Positions 13,412 through 27,199 of a stretch of 64,000 nucleotides of DNA are shown in pieces. Within the stretch, counting starts at the first letter, position 1, and every line of letters begins with the position of its first letter. Location of the stretch: NCBI RefSeq assembly GCF_006345805.1, contig NC_043006.1, positions 74,028,001-74,092,000 of the forward strand, in the 5' to 3' direction. The DNA is from Octopus sinensis. Taxonomy: Eukaryota. The notes under the pieces are model-generated. The model saw only the letters and a list, made by a program, of their open reading frames with translations, was not told the origin of the DNA and made no database searches. Position numbers and translations under genes: made by a program.

Positions 13412-15157
13412 TATAAAAAAATATAATAAAAAATAGATACAGTTAAGTTAGCACCAAGTCCATCCTTACAAGATCGAAATAACTATGAGTTAAGAAAAGC
13501 TGACCACTAGGTAAGAAAAATATAGATTAATTCGATTGGCTATTGGTTTGAAATTTAATCACAAAAGAAAATTATACGGTGGTTAGTCAGGGAAACGCCA
13601 ATATTCACACACGCATCTACAGATCAATCGCACATACCACATAGTAATATGTATATGCATACACTTATACACATACATAATTACAAGCAACAACTAGCAC
13701 ATAGATAGATAAAAAAAGGGAAGCAACTATGCTACAATTTAGTCCTTCAAAATTATAATTGTGCCTCAATAATAAAAGAAGAACCATCCATGCATCCATA
13801 AAATATTTAATTTAGATAAAATATATTTTTAAATATCAGTATGTTACTAAGTCAGATACTTATTTCATGGGTAACTTAAAATTTATAACACCGGTTTGTT
13901 GCAGAGTAAAAACATACGGTTGTTAGATTTATCGTGAGTTTGTTATGGTTTTAAGTACGCTAAATATAAAATATAAATATTAAAATATATATTAATTTAA
14001 ATATTATAAATAAGTCACTTATTAACTTAATAAATATAGTGCCATAATATACCAGTTTAGGCATTAAAGAATAGAAGGGGAAGTATTAATGTAAACGCTT
14101 ATGAGAACATCATAGAAATTTTAAATAAATTTATATTATAAAGACTTAGATGAAAAGAGATAAAATAAATAAGAAGGAATAAATACGAAGGAATAAATAC
14201 GGTTATACAATAATTATAAGTACAAAACCAGTATATATGTATTCATATATTATTAAAATTAATAAAAATAAATGATAGATCTGTATGTATAAAACTACCC
14301 CAGTATAAGTAAATAAGTAAAAAATAAATAGTAGCAAATTAGATGACTTGATATGTATGTAAACATCTACACTTAAATAGGCAAAAAATAATAAATATAG
14401 AAGAACTAGATGCAAAAATTGATAATATTACAATAAAATGGAAAATAAATAAAAAATAATAAATAGAGTGAATATATATGTTATATTGTTGAAAGTAAAT
14501 ATGTATGGAAGGATAGTTTAAAGTACAGATCCAGAGTATAGATATAAACTAAATATATGAGGCTGGTAATAATTATAAAGCATAATGCATGTAAATGAGA
14601 AAATGAAAAAATGAAAAAGGTTTATCAGTGAATAGCATAAGATACAATTAAGGTGAGTACAAAAGACCAAATATACAATAAAAACCTTCCAAATAAACAC
14701 ACACAAAAAACCTATAATCTCAACCTAAACCCACCAAACTCACAAAAGGCTCTCATATATTACATATTATACAATATCATTACATTATCCAGAGCTAGGT
14801 ATCTACCCAAGATATATATATACTATGCAATATACTATGCAATATTGGAAAACTTCAAAAATCACACATTACAAGGCAAGTACCAAAATAAATATGCTAT
14901 TTTATGTCATATTGCAATTCTCTTAAAAAAACAAACAAAAACCCACATACAAAAAACAAGAAACCAATAATACTAGACACATCCATTAATTATATACAAA
15001 TGTAGCTATAAAAATTATTAAAATTATAAAATATATAAATTGTATACTTTAGAAATTATAGAAGACCACAGGTATATTTAGTTAAAGAAGGGAGTTAAAA
15101 AATTAATAATAGTGGAAGTGCTAAGTTCTATTTGAATCTAGAAAAGTGAACGGTAGC

Positions 15158-16145
15158 CTATGAATACAAAAGAAGTTTTTTCATTAATGTTGTTAAGAAT
15201 TTGCCGACCCGCTTTAATAATGAAGAAAATTTCATAATACATAGAGAGCATTTTTTATTTTTTCCATTATACACAGGTGCTGAAGTTAGTATTTTCCAGT
15301 TTAATCTAAAATCTAAGTTCTTATTCTTAAGCTCCCAAATGTATGCACTTAGCCCTGTAGAGTACATTCTATTTTTTATTCCTAAAAGTATATCTGTGAT
15401 AATTCCATCTTTGTTTTATGCTATTCATAGTTGCCCCGATATACACCCTACTACTCAATTGTGTATCTACAGTGCATTGGTAAACTACCTCCTTCCTGAG
15501 GCATTGATTACCAAATACACATTTATTTTTATTTCTGAAATTACAAAGATTAACAGAATGAGGAAATCTGAAATTGGACAACACCCCTATACTACTATTC
15601 ACATTATAAGTGTTACAATTGTTATCATCATCCAAACCCAAAATCAACGAATGAGTTAATTTCACATTATCGGCTATATTCCTATCCCTAGTACTAGTAT
15701 TGGTAGTAGTAGTATGATCTATTTCATTTATATTATCTCTGACAGGTATGGTGCACTCATTATTAGTAAGGAGGTTGTTCCCATTTGTTCCAAGAAAGTT
15801 TCTATTCCTATTATTAATGAAGAGGGGCAAGTTTTCCTGGTCTAAATTCAATTTTCTATCCTTATAGAAGTGATCCAGTTTCTTGTTATTAAAAGAGGAG
15901 ATAATGGTGGCTAGATTATGAGTAATGCTATATCCCACTCTAACAGTACCGTTGTTAATTAAAGGACTAAATTTATTCTTATCCTTACCAAAATGCCTAA
16001 AAATAACATTATGCAAAGCTCTCACTATGTTTGTTTTAATCTGCATTGCATATGGGATAATCAACCAAAGAGTATCCTTATCAGAATTAGGATTGCCTAT
16101 AGAATTAATGTTATTTGTAAAAATCCTATTCGTAGACCAACTCAT
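15158..16145 (-). pseudogene. PLE linker plus GIY-YIG endonuclease (Naiad-like), frameshifted at about 15369
   Basis: IPY..QIKTNI...HF...INNGTVRVGYS..NLATIISSFNNKKL; CNFRNKNKCVFGNQCLRKEVVYQCTV...YIGAT...KQRWNYHRYTFRN; STGLSAYIWELK...WKIL..APVY....KKCSLC. Confidence 0.85.
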
Positions 16146-16290
16146 AGGATTACTATTCTTACCACTGTCATTGTTATATTTATCTATATCAATATTACCA
16201 TGGTACTGTTGGGTACCTATCTAGCAGTATATTGGATATATATTATCCCATGGTGGGTTGAATTTTCAACCCCTATCTCATTTTATAACC

Positions 16291-16362
<72 letters not shown>

Positions 16363-16590
16363 CAAGAGCAAGGGAGAGTGGATGATAAAGAGAGAGAGGA
16401 AAGAAGGATGGAGCGAAAGAGAGAGTGTAGAAGATAGATGGAAAGGAAGGTATATATAGAGAGTGGTGTGACTGAAAGAGAGACGGTGAGAGCGAGTGAG
16501 AGTGAGATAAAGTGAGAAAATACTTGCGTTGAAGTAAAATTAAGAGTGGACATGTAAACACACACAGGGTACTATATAAACCATACGGTA

Positions 16591-16752
16591 GGCGTAGGAA
16601 TAGCTACATGGTAAGTAACCTGCTTACCAACCACATGGTTCCGGGTTCATTCCCACTGCCTGATACCTCGGGCAAGTGTCTCCTACTATAGCCTCAGCCC
16701 GACCAAAGCCTTGTGAATGGATTTGGTAGACGGAAATTGGAAGGAGCCCGTA

Positions 16753-16851
<99 letters not shown>

Positions 16852-17054
16852 ATGTTTGTGTGTCTGTGTTTGTCCCTCCAGCATCGCCTGACAACCAATG
16901 CTGGTGCGTTTATGTCCCCGTAATTTAGCGGTTCAGCAGAAGACACCGATAGAATACGTACTAGGGTTACAAAGAATAAGCTCTGGGGTCGATTTGTTCG
17001 ACCAACGTCGGTGCTCCAGCATAGCTGCAGGCAAATGACTGAACAAGTAAAAGA
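16591..17054 (+). mobile_element. SINE family A, full length
   Basis: Same head, internal microsatellite and tail as 1976-2433. Confidence 0.9.
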
Positions 17055-17618
17055 ATTTGATGATCTTTTGCTTGAATTTCGTGCCTTAATCAACAGAATT
17101 TTTGCTGAACATCATTACGCCCGAACTCGATGACAATTGAAACAAGACAATTGTCTCTTCTCTATCATCAAAGACATCGAGCGAATGAACGAGAGAATCG
17201 CTTGATGTCTCTATTATCAGAATACGGTACAAAGTTACGAAGGATACCGAATTCTCATATCTTTCAGCCAGAAAGGAAACGAGTAACAATGAACGGGAGA
17301 CAATTGCGCAGAGTAACACTAAGATGAAATGAATGTAGGTATCTAGATATTAGAGACGAAAAAAAGAGAGCATGAAGAATGAAGTGATCAATAAACACAT
17401 GAGAAATGTAAAAGAACAACGTAAGACAGGCAGTAAAATTAGTATTATGGCAAAACGAAAGACGATGTGGACAAGTTAAGATTGAATAAAAAAGGATTGG
17501 AGATGGAGAAGAGTCTAGAGCTAGAAGAAAAGAAAAGAGAAAAGAGAAAAGGTGAATAGAGGAAAAAATTGAAAAGATTAATATAATAGAGATGATAGTC
17601 GCTGAAAGATTTATATGT

Positions 17619-17930
17619 GGAGGTGCATTGGCCCAGTGGTTAGGGCAGTAGATTCGCGGTCGGATAATCGTGGTTTCGATTACCAGACCGGGCATTGTGT
17701 ACGTTTATTGAGCGAAAACGCCTAAAGCTCTACGAGGCTCCGGCAGGGGGTAAGTGCGACCCCTGTTGTACTCTTTCAACCCAGCTTTCTCTCACTCTTT
17801 CTTCCTGTTTCTTGAGTAACGCTTCGATGAACTGGCGTCCCGTCCAGCTGGGGGGGGGGAACACATACGCCATAGAATCCGGGAAACCGGGCCCATGAAC
17901 CTGGCTAGGCTTGAAAAGGACGCCGAAAAA
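17619..17930 (+). mobile_element. SINE family B (tRNA head plus CORE-like domain)
   Basis: tggcccagtggttagggcag...gtggtttcgattaccagaccgggc..ttgtgtacgtttattgagcgaaaac; tail cgtcccgtccag..ccgggaaaccgggcccatga is shared with 41685-41920. Confidence 0.75.
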
Positions 17931-20004
17931 ATAAAAAAAAAAGATATATATAAATGTGAATGAGTTTCTCTTTCTTGTTTTTTGCGGGATGTCACCTTCA
18001 AGTAGAAGAATTAAGCACGGGCAGCAGGCAGGACATACAACAGGTAGATACAAGATAAGCAACACCTGTTGACCGAAGGTCCAGGTAACTATCTCTTTCA
18101 TTGATAAAAATTACTGTTCAATATCTCTCTCGTAGAAAGGCTCTACCGTTTTAATATCATTCGTAAATGCATCCTAAGCAAAATTTCGTTTATTATTGTA
18201 TAGTGTTGTTAACTGCTTCAGATGCGATCCCAGGTGTGCTGATCAAATGCGCCGAGATTGTTGTGACTTTCGGTCAGTTGCTAATTCAGTGACATGGTTA
18301 TCTTGTTTATATCGAGTCCAGTGTGTTTAGATCTTGCTATATTGCCCGTGATAATTTTTCTATACTCACACACACGAACTCAAACACGTACGCACAAATG
18401 CATGTATGTATGCATGTACATATGTATATGTGTATGTTTTTATGTAAGGTTGTATGTATATACAAATTTAATTATATATACAACCACATACATATTCATG
18501 TATATATGGAAACAAATGCAGAGACACACATACCTACGCATTAATGCACACTCATATATACAAGCGTATACTTAAATATTTATGTGTGTCCATTTTCAAT
18601 AAATGCACACAAATATAAATGTGTGTGAGTGTGTGTGTGTGCGCGTTTGTGTTTTTGTGAGTGTGTGTGTAAGTGTGCTTTTATGTAAGGATGTCTGTGT
18701 ATGTATATTTATTTATACACGCATTCATGTGTACATAGAAACGTATACTTAGCAACTTAAATACATGCAGATACGCACATACATACAAACACACACACAC
18801 ACACACACACACGCATACACACGTATCCGCGCGCAAACACTCACACACATAAGCGTATGCCTATATATTTATGTGTGTTCATTTTCGATAAAATATTGGA
18901 AATGGAATGAATGTTCCTATTCTCTGAAGATAGATGCATGGTGATTATTTCGAAAGCCTCTTCGCTTTTCTTCTGGAATATATTATTTAAAATTATAGTC
19001 GAGTAGCAAACTATATACAGGACCTTACAGGGAAATTACGTCTCTACACAAATATAAGACAAGCAAAAATATACAGGTCTGAATGTAAAAGTTTGAATAT
19101 TTAAAACAATGTTTGTTTTGATTTGTATCGGAATAGGAAAATGAATAGTTTTCTTCTAACTTTTTTTTTAATCATGGAATTCTATTTTAAAGACAATGAA
19201 TTTTAATATTATGCCATCTCAAGAACACTAGAATACTATGTAAGCATTCTCGTAATGGAAGTCGAAAATGTAAGCTAAAATGTAAATGGCAGATTTATAG
19301 AGAAGAATATTATCATCGCACATATGGGAAAATTTTTTGTAAGGCCTACACTAATGGAAAAATAGAAATAGAAAAATAATGTGGTATAATGCTCCCCCAC
19401 AAAATCTTGGTAGAACATGTGTATGCATATAATGGTTTTTTCTGTATAAGAAACTTCGTAACATGCAGTGTTGGCTCTGAATTCTGTAGAAAATTCATAG
19501 AGATAAATATAAATCTTAAAAATAAAGTCCCACCGCTTTATACATTATTTGAAATACGACACGTAGTTGTTAGTTGTCGGAGCACTGCATCCTTCAAAAC
19601 TTCCATGCTTCCTGAGATTCGCCAACACTGCACCTGATTTTCTCCCCTCCATACACACGCAAGAATGTATCTGACTCACACACTGTTCGCTTTCCAGACA
19701 TTTGTACATTACTGCTTATACTTTACATGCACTTTTTTACAAGTTGTCGTGCACCTGAGCACTGTATACAATAATTTCATTATTATTATTTTATTTTTTA
19801 TTTTAAATTACATGATGGGCATCGCATGCTAGACGAATGGAAGAGAAATGGAACATAGGATGATATTAAATTCCTCTTTGCATTTATAAATATTGACCAA
19901 TATTTATCTCTCACCAGCTGGAGTACATTTTGACTGATCTTACCTTAACCGAAAATTAACTCTATTTATCTATCTACTTAATGCATAAATACACACATAT
20001 ATAA

Positions 20005-20047
<43 letters not shown>

Positions 20048-20060
20048 GAGAGAGAGAAAG

Positions 20061-20110
<50 letters not shown>

Positions 20111-20778
20111 CTTCTTAATGTAAGACATATCTCTATATCTATCACACTTTCTCTTTCTCTCGTACACCTATCTTCTCATCTCAAACAATCAGTTATCACC
20201 GCATTGTATTTATTGCCCGTCTCCATCCAAGTCCCATCGTTGACCTCCTCAGTTTAGGCGTTCCGAATAGATGGTTTACTGAATTTGTGTTAATGTCCAC
20301 ATAATGTTCACAGACTCCTTTCACCTTTTCGTAGTTGATGAAATAATTACCAGTTGTGCACTTGGGACGATGTATTCGACTTACTTCCTCGCCTGAAATT
20401 GCTGGCCTTGTGCCAAAATTTGAAACCAATATTCACAGCGACATAGATCATGCAAGGGATTGAGCAAGGTTGTGGACAACTGAACGCGATTACCCCTATA
20501 ATTTGAGTTTTTTAGGAAGTTCTTTTGATAATTACATTTTTCTAAAATGCGTAAAATAATAATAATAATAATAATGATCATGTATATATATATATATATA
20601 ATAATAAATATTAGGGAATAAATCCAAATTTACAGGGAAAAAATCAGATTTAGGATTAAATCCAATTTTATAGTAAAATATTATAAAATATTATTAGAGA
20701 CAAAACCACTATTTTGCAAAACAAACAAGGAAAGACTTAATCAATACATAAAATTTTAATAAATAGTCAAAAAAACCG

Positions 20779-20821
20779 CCACTACAATTGTTTCTTGTCT
20801 TGATCGACAATCTTCAGGTGG
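20779..20821 (-). ncRNA. Minimal type I hammerhead ribozyme (minus-strand arm)
   Basis: CCAC CUGAAGA UUGUC gaucaa GACAA GAAAC AAUU GUA GUGG. Confidence 0.85.
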
Positions 20822-20874
20822 ACTTCCATAAGTCAGTTTCAAATTATATAATTTGAAACTGACTTATTGGAAGT

Positions 20875-20917
20875 CCACCTGAAGATTGTCGATCAAGACA
20901 AGAAACAATTGTAGTGG
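20875..20917 (+). ncRNA. Minimal type I hammerhead ribozyme (plus-strand arm)
   Basis: CCAC CUGAAGA UUGUC gaucaa GACAA GAAAC AAUU GUA GUGG: stem I 4 bp, stem II 5 bp, palindromic stem III ACAAUUGU. Confidence 0.85.
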
Positions 20918-21055
20918 CGGTTTTTTTGACTATTTATTAAAATTTTATGTATTGATTAAGTCTTTCCTTGTTTGTTTTGCAAAATAGTGGTTTTGTCTCT
21001 AATAATATTTTATATATATATATATATATATGTATATCTATATATATATACACAT

Positions 21056-21158
<103 letters not shown>

Positions 21159-21353
21159 TTATGTGTGTGGTGGGGTTTAGGCGTGTGGGTGTAAATTCCA
21201 TAGCAAAGACCTTTCTTGGTTCGACTGTTTAGAAACACGTTAAATATAATTGCAGACACCTACGTACGTGCGTGCGCACACACACACACTAACACATCCA
21301 CCTACACGTACGTATATGTGTTTCTGTGTGTGTACATGTGTGTGTGCGTGCGC

Positions 21354-21392
<39 letters not shown>

Positions 21393-22346
21393 TGTGTGTG
21401 TGTGCATGTATATCATCATAAGTAATTGCTTCATCTTGTTAGATACTTGCCATTATCATGTGACATCCGTCATCTGTACAACATTGGATTACAGAAAACA
21501 TACGAATGTGCAGTGCTATCAACCAGACTTTATTAAAAGCAAATTGAATATTGTCTTAGGTTATTACACAAAATTTCGAACCACTTCCGGTTCATTATTC
21601 CTTATCTAGGATAGAAATTATATTCTTGCTATGTTGTGCTATGAACGGAAGCTCAATTATCTGATTGAAAGCTGTTTCTGTTTCGACAACATAGTCCTTT
21701 CTCGTGCATTGATGCTTGTTTATTCTGTTATGCATATAAAACAAGGTTCGGTTCTGATTAAACTTTTCGAGAATTTGAATTATGGAAATATTATAGTCGA
21801 TAGTTTGTCAACGGAAAGAAAACTACAGGAAGCAGTGAAGTCATAGAAGGCTAATAACTTCGACACTACATTTTATTAGAAAAAAAGAAAGACAGCCAAC
21901 GAAAATATCCTAGACTCAGAGTATTATCATATTCATACACTCCAGTTAGAATATTATTTTGTATCTGTACGTTGTGTCACTTTCTTTTTAAAAATACAAT
22001 GTTTGAAGGAATTAGCTTAACAATTGAACCAATAAGCCGCAGAGAGAAATCTAAGATTTCTCTGCAGATCAATACGCTAAAGTTCGCATCCACCATGTTG
22101 CTTCCCATAACGTCGCCTTGACCATGGCTCGTCACTGAGCTCGTTACCTTCTCTATATACACACTTTTTGATGACCGTTGACTCTTATGACCTCCTCCAC
22201 CCTTTGACGGGTTTTGATAGGGTGTCCAAATCACTCTCCTCATCAAGTAAGCTAGGTGGCGTTGATAGTTTCATCGCCTACAAACCGACCATGCAACAGG
22301 TTGTACTGTGTTACATGTTACCAGTAGCACTCGAGAGTGAACTCTT

Positions 22347-22369
<23 letters not shown>

Positions 22370-22410
<41 letters not shown>

Positions 22411-22798
22411 CCGTGGTTGACATCACTCGAGTTCGCACCCACCACTTTCATGCTCGCTGTATCACCCTCCTTGTCCACTGGGCATCGGAAAGTCGCCTCA
22501 CCAGCTATTGTGCAACGTAACACTTTAGGTCTAATAACGTTTGCAGAACACCTCAAGGTGGTCAGAAAATGTTTCCAATTTTTCCTTTCCACGATGCTTT
22601 TTTCCAAGGAATCTAATGCTCTTAGCTTTGTTTTTCTTTGGGGCTGGCCAGATTGGAGCAATATCAAGATTAATCAGCCGAAATTGCGAGGAGGATCGGT
22701 TCTTGACTGAATATAAAAGGCTTCAAATGACTCGTCCTTATTTTTTTGTATCGTCTATCTGGATGTTTTGCGTTCTTGTCCCATTTTGTATTTTATTT

Positions 22799-22840
<42 letters not shown>

Positions 22841-22997
22841 ATAGATATATAGCGGCTTACGTACACTTTGTTCTCTTATACACACACACACACAACATAT
22901 ATATATATATATAATATATATACCCACAAACGTACACGCACACACAACATATATATATATATAATATATATATATACGCACAACCACACACGTACCA

Positions 22998-23031
<34 letters not shown>

Positions 23032-23630
23032 CCGTGGTTGACATCACTCGAGTTCGCACCCACCACTTTCATGCTCGCTGTATCACCCTCCTTGTCCACT
23101 GGGCATCGGAAAGTCGCCTCACCAGCTATTGTGCAACGTAACACTTTAGGTCTAATAACGTTTGCAGAACACCTCAAGGTGGTCAGAAAATGTTTCCAAT
23201 TTTTCCTTTCCACGATGCTTTTTTCCAAGGAATCTAATGCTCTTAGCTTTGTTTTTCTTTGGGGCTGGCCAGATTGGAGCAATATCAAGATTAATCAGCC
23301 GAAATTGCGAGGAGGATCCGGTTCTTGACTGAATATAAAAGGCTTCAAATGACTCGTCCTTATTTTTTTGTATCGTCTATCTGGATGTTTTGCGTTCTTG
23401 TCCCATTTTGTATTTTATTTTGTATATATATATATATATAGATATATATATATATATATATATAGATATATAGCGGCTTACGTACACTTTGTTCTCTTAT
23501 ACACACACACACACATATATATATAATATATATATATACGCACAACCACACACGTACCAACACACACACACACATATATATATATATAATATATATATAT
23601 ACGCACAACCACACACGTACCAACACACAC
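22370..23630. repeat. Tandem duplication, period about 621 bp, near-identical unique parts
   Basis: ccgtggttgacatcactcgag at 22411 and 23032; agcggcttacgtacac at 22851 and 23472. Confidence 0.95.
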
Positions 23631-23641
23631 ACACACACACA

Positions 23642-23675
<34 letters not shown>

Positions 23676-24085
23676 TATGTAAAAGGCTAGATAATCGAAA
23701 TGATTTACGAGGAGTTAGATATTTAAAGATTTAACAGTTATTGATATAACGTTTTTGCAGTATATGTCAAACATTATACGCATAAACATAAGTATGGGGT
23801 TACATGTACTTATAAAGGGCAATGTCTCAGTCAATTCTGTTCAATAAATAAATGCGAATGCGTTTCTGTGTAATAAAATTATGTATGCTTCCGTTTATTT
23901 ATTTGAAAAGTTCGGAACTATAAGGGAGATAATTAAGATAGGAAAGAACTGTACAATGATTGTTTTTCACTACTGACACATATCTTGTTTTAAATTTCGT
24001 ATTTTATCATTTCTATGGAACTTTTGTAAGATCTAGATCTCTAATACAATGGCGATATGTGGTGGCATATACGAATTCGCTTCGG

Positions 24086-24251
24086 CAGACTTTTATTTAT
24101 TTGTGAAGTATAAGTATATAAATATTAGTTTCTGTGCTACAGATTTTTATTTGTTTGTGAAGTATAAGTATATAAATATTAGTTTCTGTGCTACAGATTT
24201 TTATTTGTTTGTGAAGTATAAATATATAAATATGAAATTCTGTGATACAGA
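24086..24251. repeat. 54-bp minisatellite, 3 copies
   Basis: cagatttttatttgtttgtgaagtataagtatataaatattagtttctgtgcta repeated. Confidence 0.9.
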
Positions 24252-24354
24252 AATAGAAAGATAGAGAAAACAAGTTGCATTGTTAGTGACGATCTCCGTT
24301 TTGTAGGGCTCCTAACCTAAACTCCTAACCTAATTGTCTAATATACAATTATTT

Positions 24355-24791
24355 TTTGCTTTTTTTATTTTTGTTCCTTTTAGTAATTTGAGTCAGGAAA
24401 CTAAAACCATAATGAGGCACCGCTTTGAAGGGTTTTAGTCGAATAAATCTACCACGGTACTTATTTTTTAAGTTTGGTACTTGTTCCTTACCTACGCCGA
24501 ACCGCTGGGTTACGGGCCCGTAATCAAACCTATACTGGTAAACAAACCAACATAGGTTGTCAAGCACTGTGGGTGGAGGGCAAACGCTGACACAAAGACA
24601 AACACACATGCACGCACACACACATGAACGATGAGATTCCACACAATTTTTCTCAACCAAATTCACTCATGAATCATTGATCAGCTCTGGGCCATAGTAG
24701 TAGTTACTTGCCTAAGGTTTCTCACAAAGAAACTGAACGCAGAGCCAAGTATTTGCAAACCGCGTTTCCTAACCACAATGTCATGTCTGCG
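24355..24791 (-). mobile_element. SINE family A, diverged copy
   Basis: Collinear degenerate match to 1976-2433. Confidence 0.75.
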
Positions 24792-25289
24792 TATCTTGTT
24801 CGTTTTTATAAATACATTCCCTTGCAGTATGTCCATAATTGATTCTACGTGGAACAGCATCATATAAATTTTTTTTAGCAATAACTTCTCAAATTCTTCA
24901 CTTCATTGTTTCGGTTTTAGATTTGTTCTGTAACTTTTTTGATGTGAAATCGTGTGTTGAAACAGATTTTGTTTTACTTTGTGTAGGTTTCTCTGCCTAC
25001 GGAAACACACCCTGATTATGTTTAACTTCATTTTATTATCACTTAGTTAAATAATTAAATATTTAGTTAAGTAACTAGTTATTTGGTTTATCAAAGGTCT
25101 TTCATCGCAGCCCCACATCTTATTGTTGACGATATGACCTTTCTGCACTTGTACTGCGATATCACATTCTTATTATTAGGTCCTTTTCTATCTTTTGTGA
25201 AGGATTTGGTTGAATATTCTGACTGACCAAACAACTATACGGGAAAGTGCGGTAGTACAGACAATTGCAAGGACAGTACATCATTAAAA

Positions 25290-25605
25290 TGATACCCCGG
25301 CTGTTACGATACGACGACTGCTGTTGCGATGGATCCGATCAACGGAACGACCTACTCTGGATAGTGGTTGAGCACTCCCAAGACACCAGCACCATTAACG
25401 TTGTTCTTAGGAAGATTCTGCTTGTCACAGGATGTAACAAAGCTGGTCCTTTGAATTACAGGTACAACTCATTTTTGCCAGATGAGTGGACTGGAGCAAC
25501 ACGAAATAAAGTGCCTTGCTCAAAGACACAACGTGTTACCAGGAATCGAAGTCACGACCTTATGATCATGAGATGAATGCCTTAACCACTAAGACACGCA
25601 CCTTT
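25290..25605 (-). mobile_element. SINE family B (CORE-like)
   Basis: gagtggactggagcaacacgaaataaagtgccttgctcaaagacacaac (reverse of CORE-like tgtgtccttgagcaagacactt) plus tRNA-like head. Confidence 0.8.
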
Positions 25606-25854
25606 ACTGCCTCATCATTAGCGATAATGGCACATGTTGCGATTTAAGAATTTTAACAAAGGTATTAATTATTCAAGTATATATTTTTGAACGGACTACG
25701 AAATGAATTAATTCAAAAATTTATTGGATTATTTATCAATTACTTATTTAATTACTTAGCTAATTAGTAAGCAGAAAACGAAACAGTTGAATCTATCTGG
25801 ATTCGGTCATGTGTAGAAATGACAATGATAACCTCTGAACCAGGATAAATTTAA

Positions 25855-26190
25855 TTTATAGGCACAATGCCTAAAATGTTGTGTGAGGTGGTTGTTATTC
25901 GGTTACATCGACTTAGATAACTGGTACTTATTTTATCGACCCTGAAATGATGAAAGTCAAAGTCGACCTTGACTAAATTTGAATTCAGAACGGAAGAAAA
26001 GTAGCTAAGCATTTAATCTGGAGCATTTAATCCACCAACTCACTACCTTATTTAACTAATTAATGGTTTCACACTTTGGCACAAGACCAACGATTTCGGG
26101 GGAGGGGTAAGTCGATTATATCGATCCCAGTCTTCGACTGTTGTTTATTTTATCGACTCCGTAAGGATGTATGACAAAGCCGACCATTGC
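25855..26190 (-). mobile_element. Two diverged SINE family C copies
   Basis: tttatcgaccctgaaatgatgaaagtcaaagtcgacc and tttatcgactccgtaaggatgtatgacaaagccgacc. Confidence 0.7.
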
Positions 26191-26975
26191 GGCTTATTCA
26201 ACTTATGGCTTATTCTACTTGCTCGTCCTGTCCTAAAAGAACAAGGTCTAATAAGAAGGAAGTTTGGTTAGTAACGCTAGCAAGCCGATTGTGTACCTGG
26301 CGGCTCCCATTTTGCATTTGATAGTTAAGTCTGACGGCAAAAATAAAACATTCACAAAGCCAGATTCTATAAAGAGCAGAAAACAAAACCACTGAATCTG
26401 TCTGGATTCGGCCATGTGTATATATGGCATTGATAACTTCTGAACCAGGATAAATTTAATTTCTGTAGAATAACATGGTGTTATAGTTTCGCAGAGAATA
26501 TTGCATGATATAAAGTTATATAGGTTCTTACGCAGAGAAAAGTTTCTGCAGGCTACATTGGTCTGTATTTATTCTATAAAAGTAAATTATATTTCCACTG
26601 AGACTAATCAAATTCTATCAAATATCTTTAAGCTCAGTTCAAAGCAGAACTGGTTTCTCCCATACAGAGAGAGGCGATGCTCTCAGACAGAAAGCTATCG
26701 CTTTGCATTTTAACATTCTTGCCTGCTCAATTGAACCATAAAACAGCGAATGGCTATAGTAAAGTGGCTGGTATAACTGAGGATATATATTCTTTTATTC
26801 ATTCGTGTTCTGGTCTTAGTTATCGGACTTCAGCGAAACTAGGGCATCGCCTGCAATATCTATTGTTCATATTATCGACACAGTAGTTATTTCAATCTGG
26901 TGCTTATTTCAGCGTTCATTATCTGACGAACACTTTATATACTGGACATAAAGCGATGCATCGGAAACAGAACAC

Positions 26976-27052
<77 letters not shown>

Positions 27053-27057
27053 TACAC

Positions 27058-27089
<32 letters not shown>

Positions 27090-27166
27090 TCTCTCTCTCT
27101 CTCTTTCTCTCTCCATACATACGAATTCATATATACATTTTTATGTGTGAGTGTGCGTGTATATAT

Positions 27167-27199
<33 letters not shown>

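Larger units (their letters stand above)
12700..16288 (-). mobile_element. 5'-truncated Penelope-like element (Naiad-like), with about 2.4 kb of AT-rich 3' region; flanked by (TA)n
   Basis: GIY-YIG pseudo-ORF at 15158-16145, downstream hammerhead at 12894-12990, (TA)n at both ends. That the intervening AT-rich DNA belongs to the element is inferred. Confidence 0.7.
20682..21014. repeat. Near-perfect loopless palindrome, about 166-bp arms, centre 20847/20848
   Basis: Arms are reverse-complementary except one indel (ccataag / cttattgg). Confidence 0.95.

Noticed and set aside
15158-16145. Selenoprotein-type Naiad (in-frame UGA at Cys positions)
   Set aside because: No UGA at conserved Cys sites in this fragment; the break is a TAG caused by a frameshift
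24086-24251. CRISPR-like periodicity
   Set aside because: Units are contiguous with no unique spacers; eukaryotic minisatellite
25769-26465. About 95-bp diverged direct duplication (also 40 bp at 37002/41981, 27 bp at 62003)
   Set aside because: Small local duplications with no further signal
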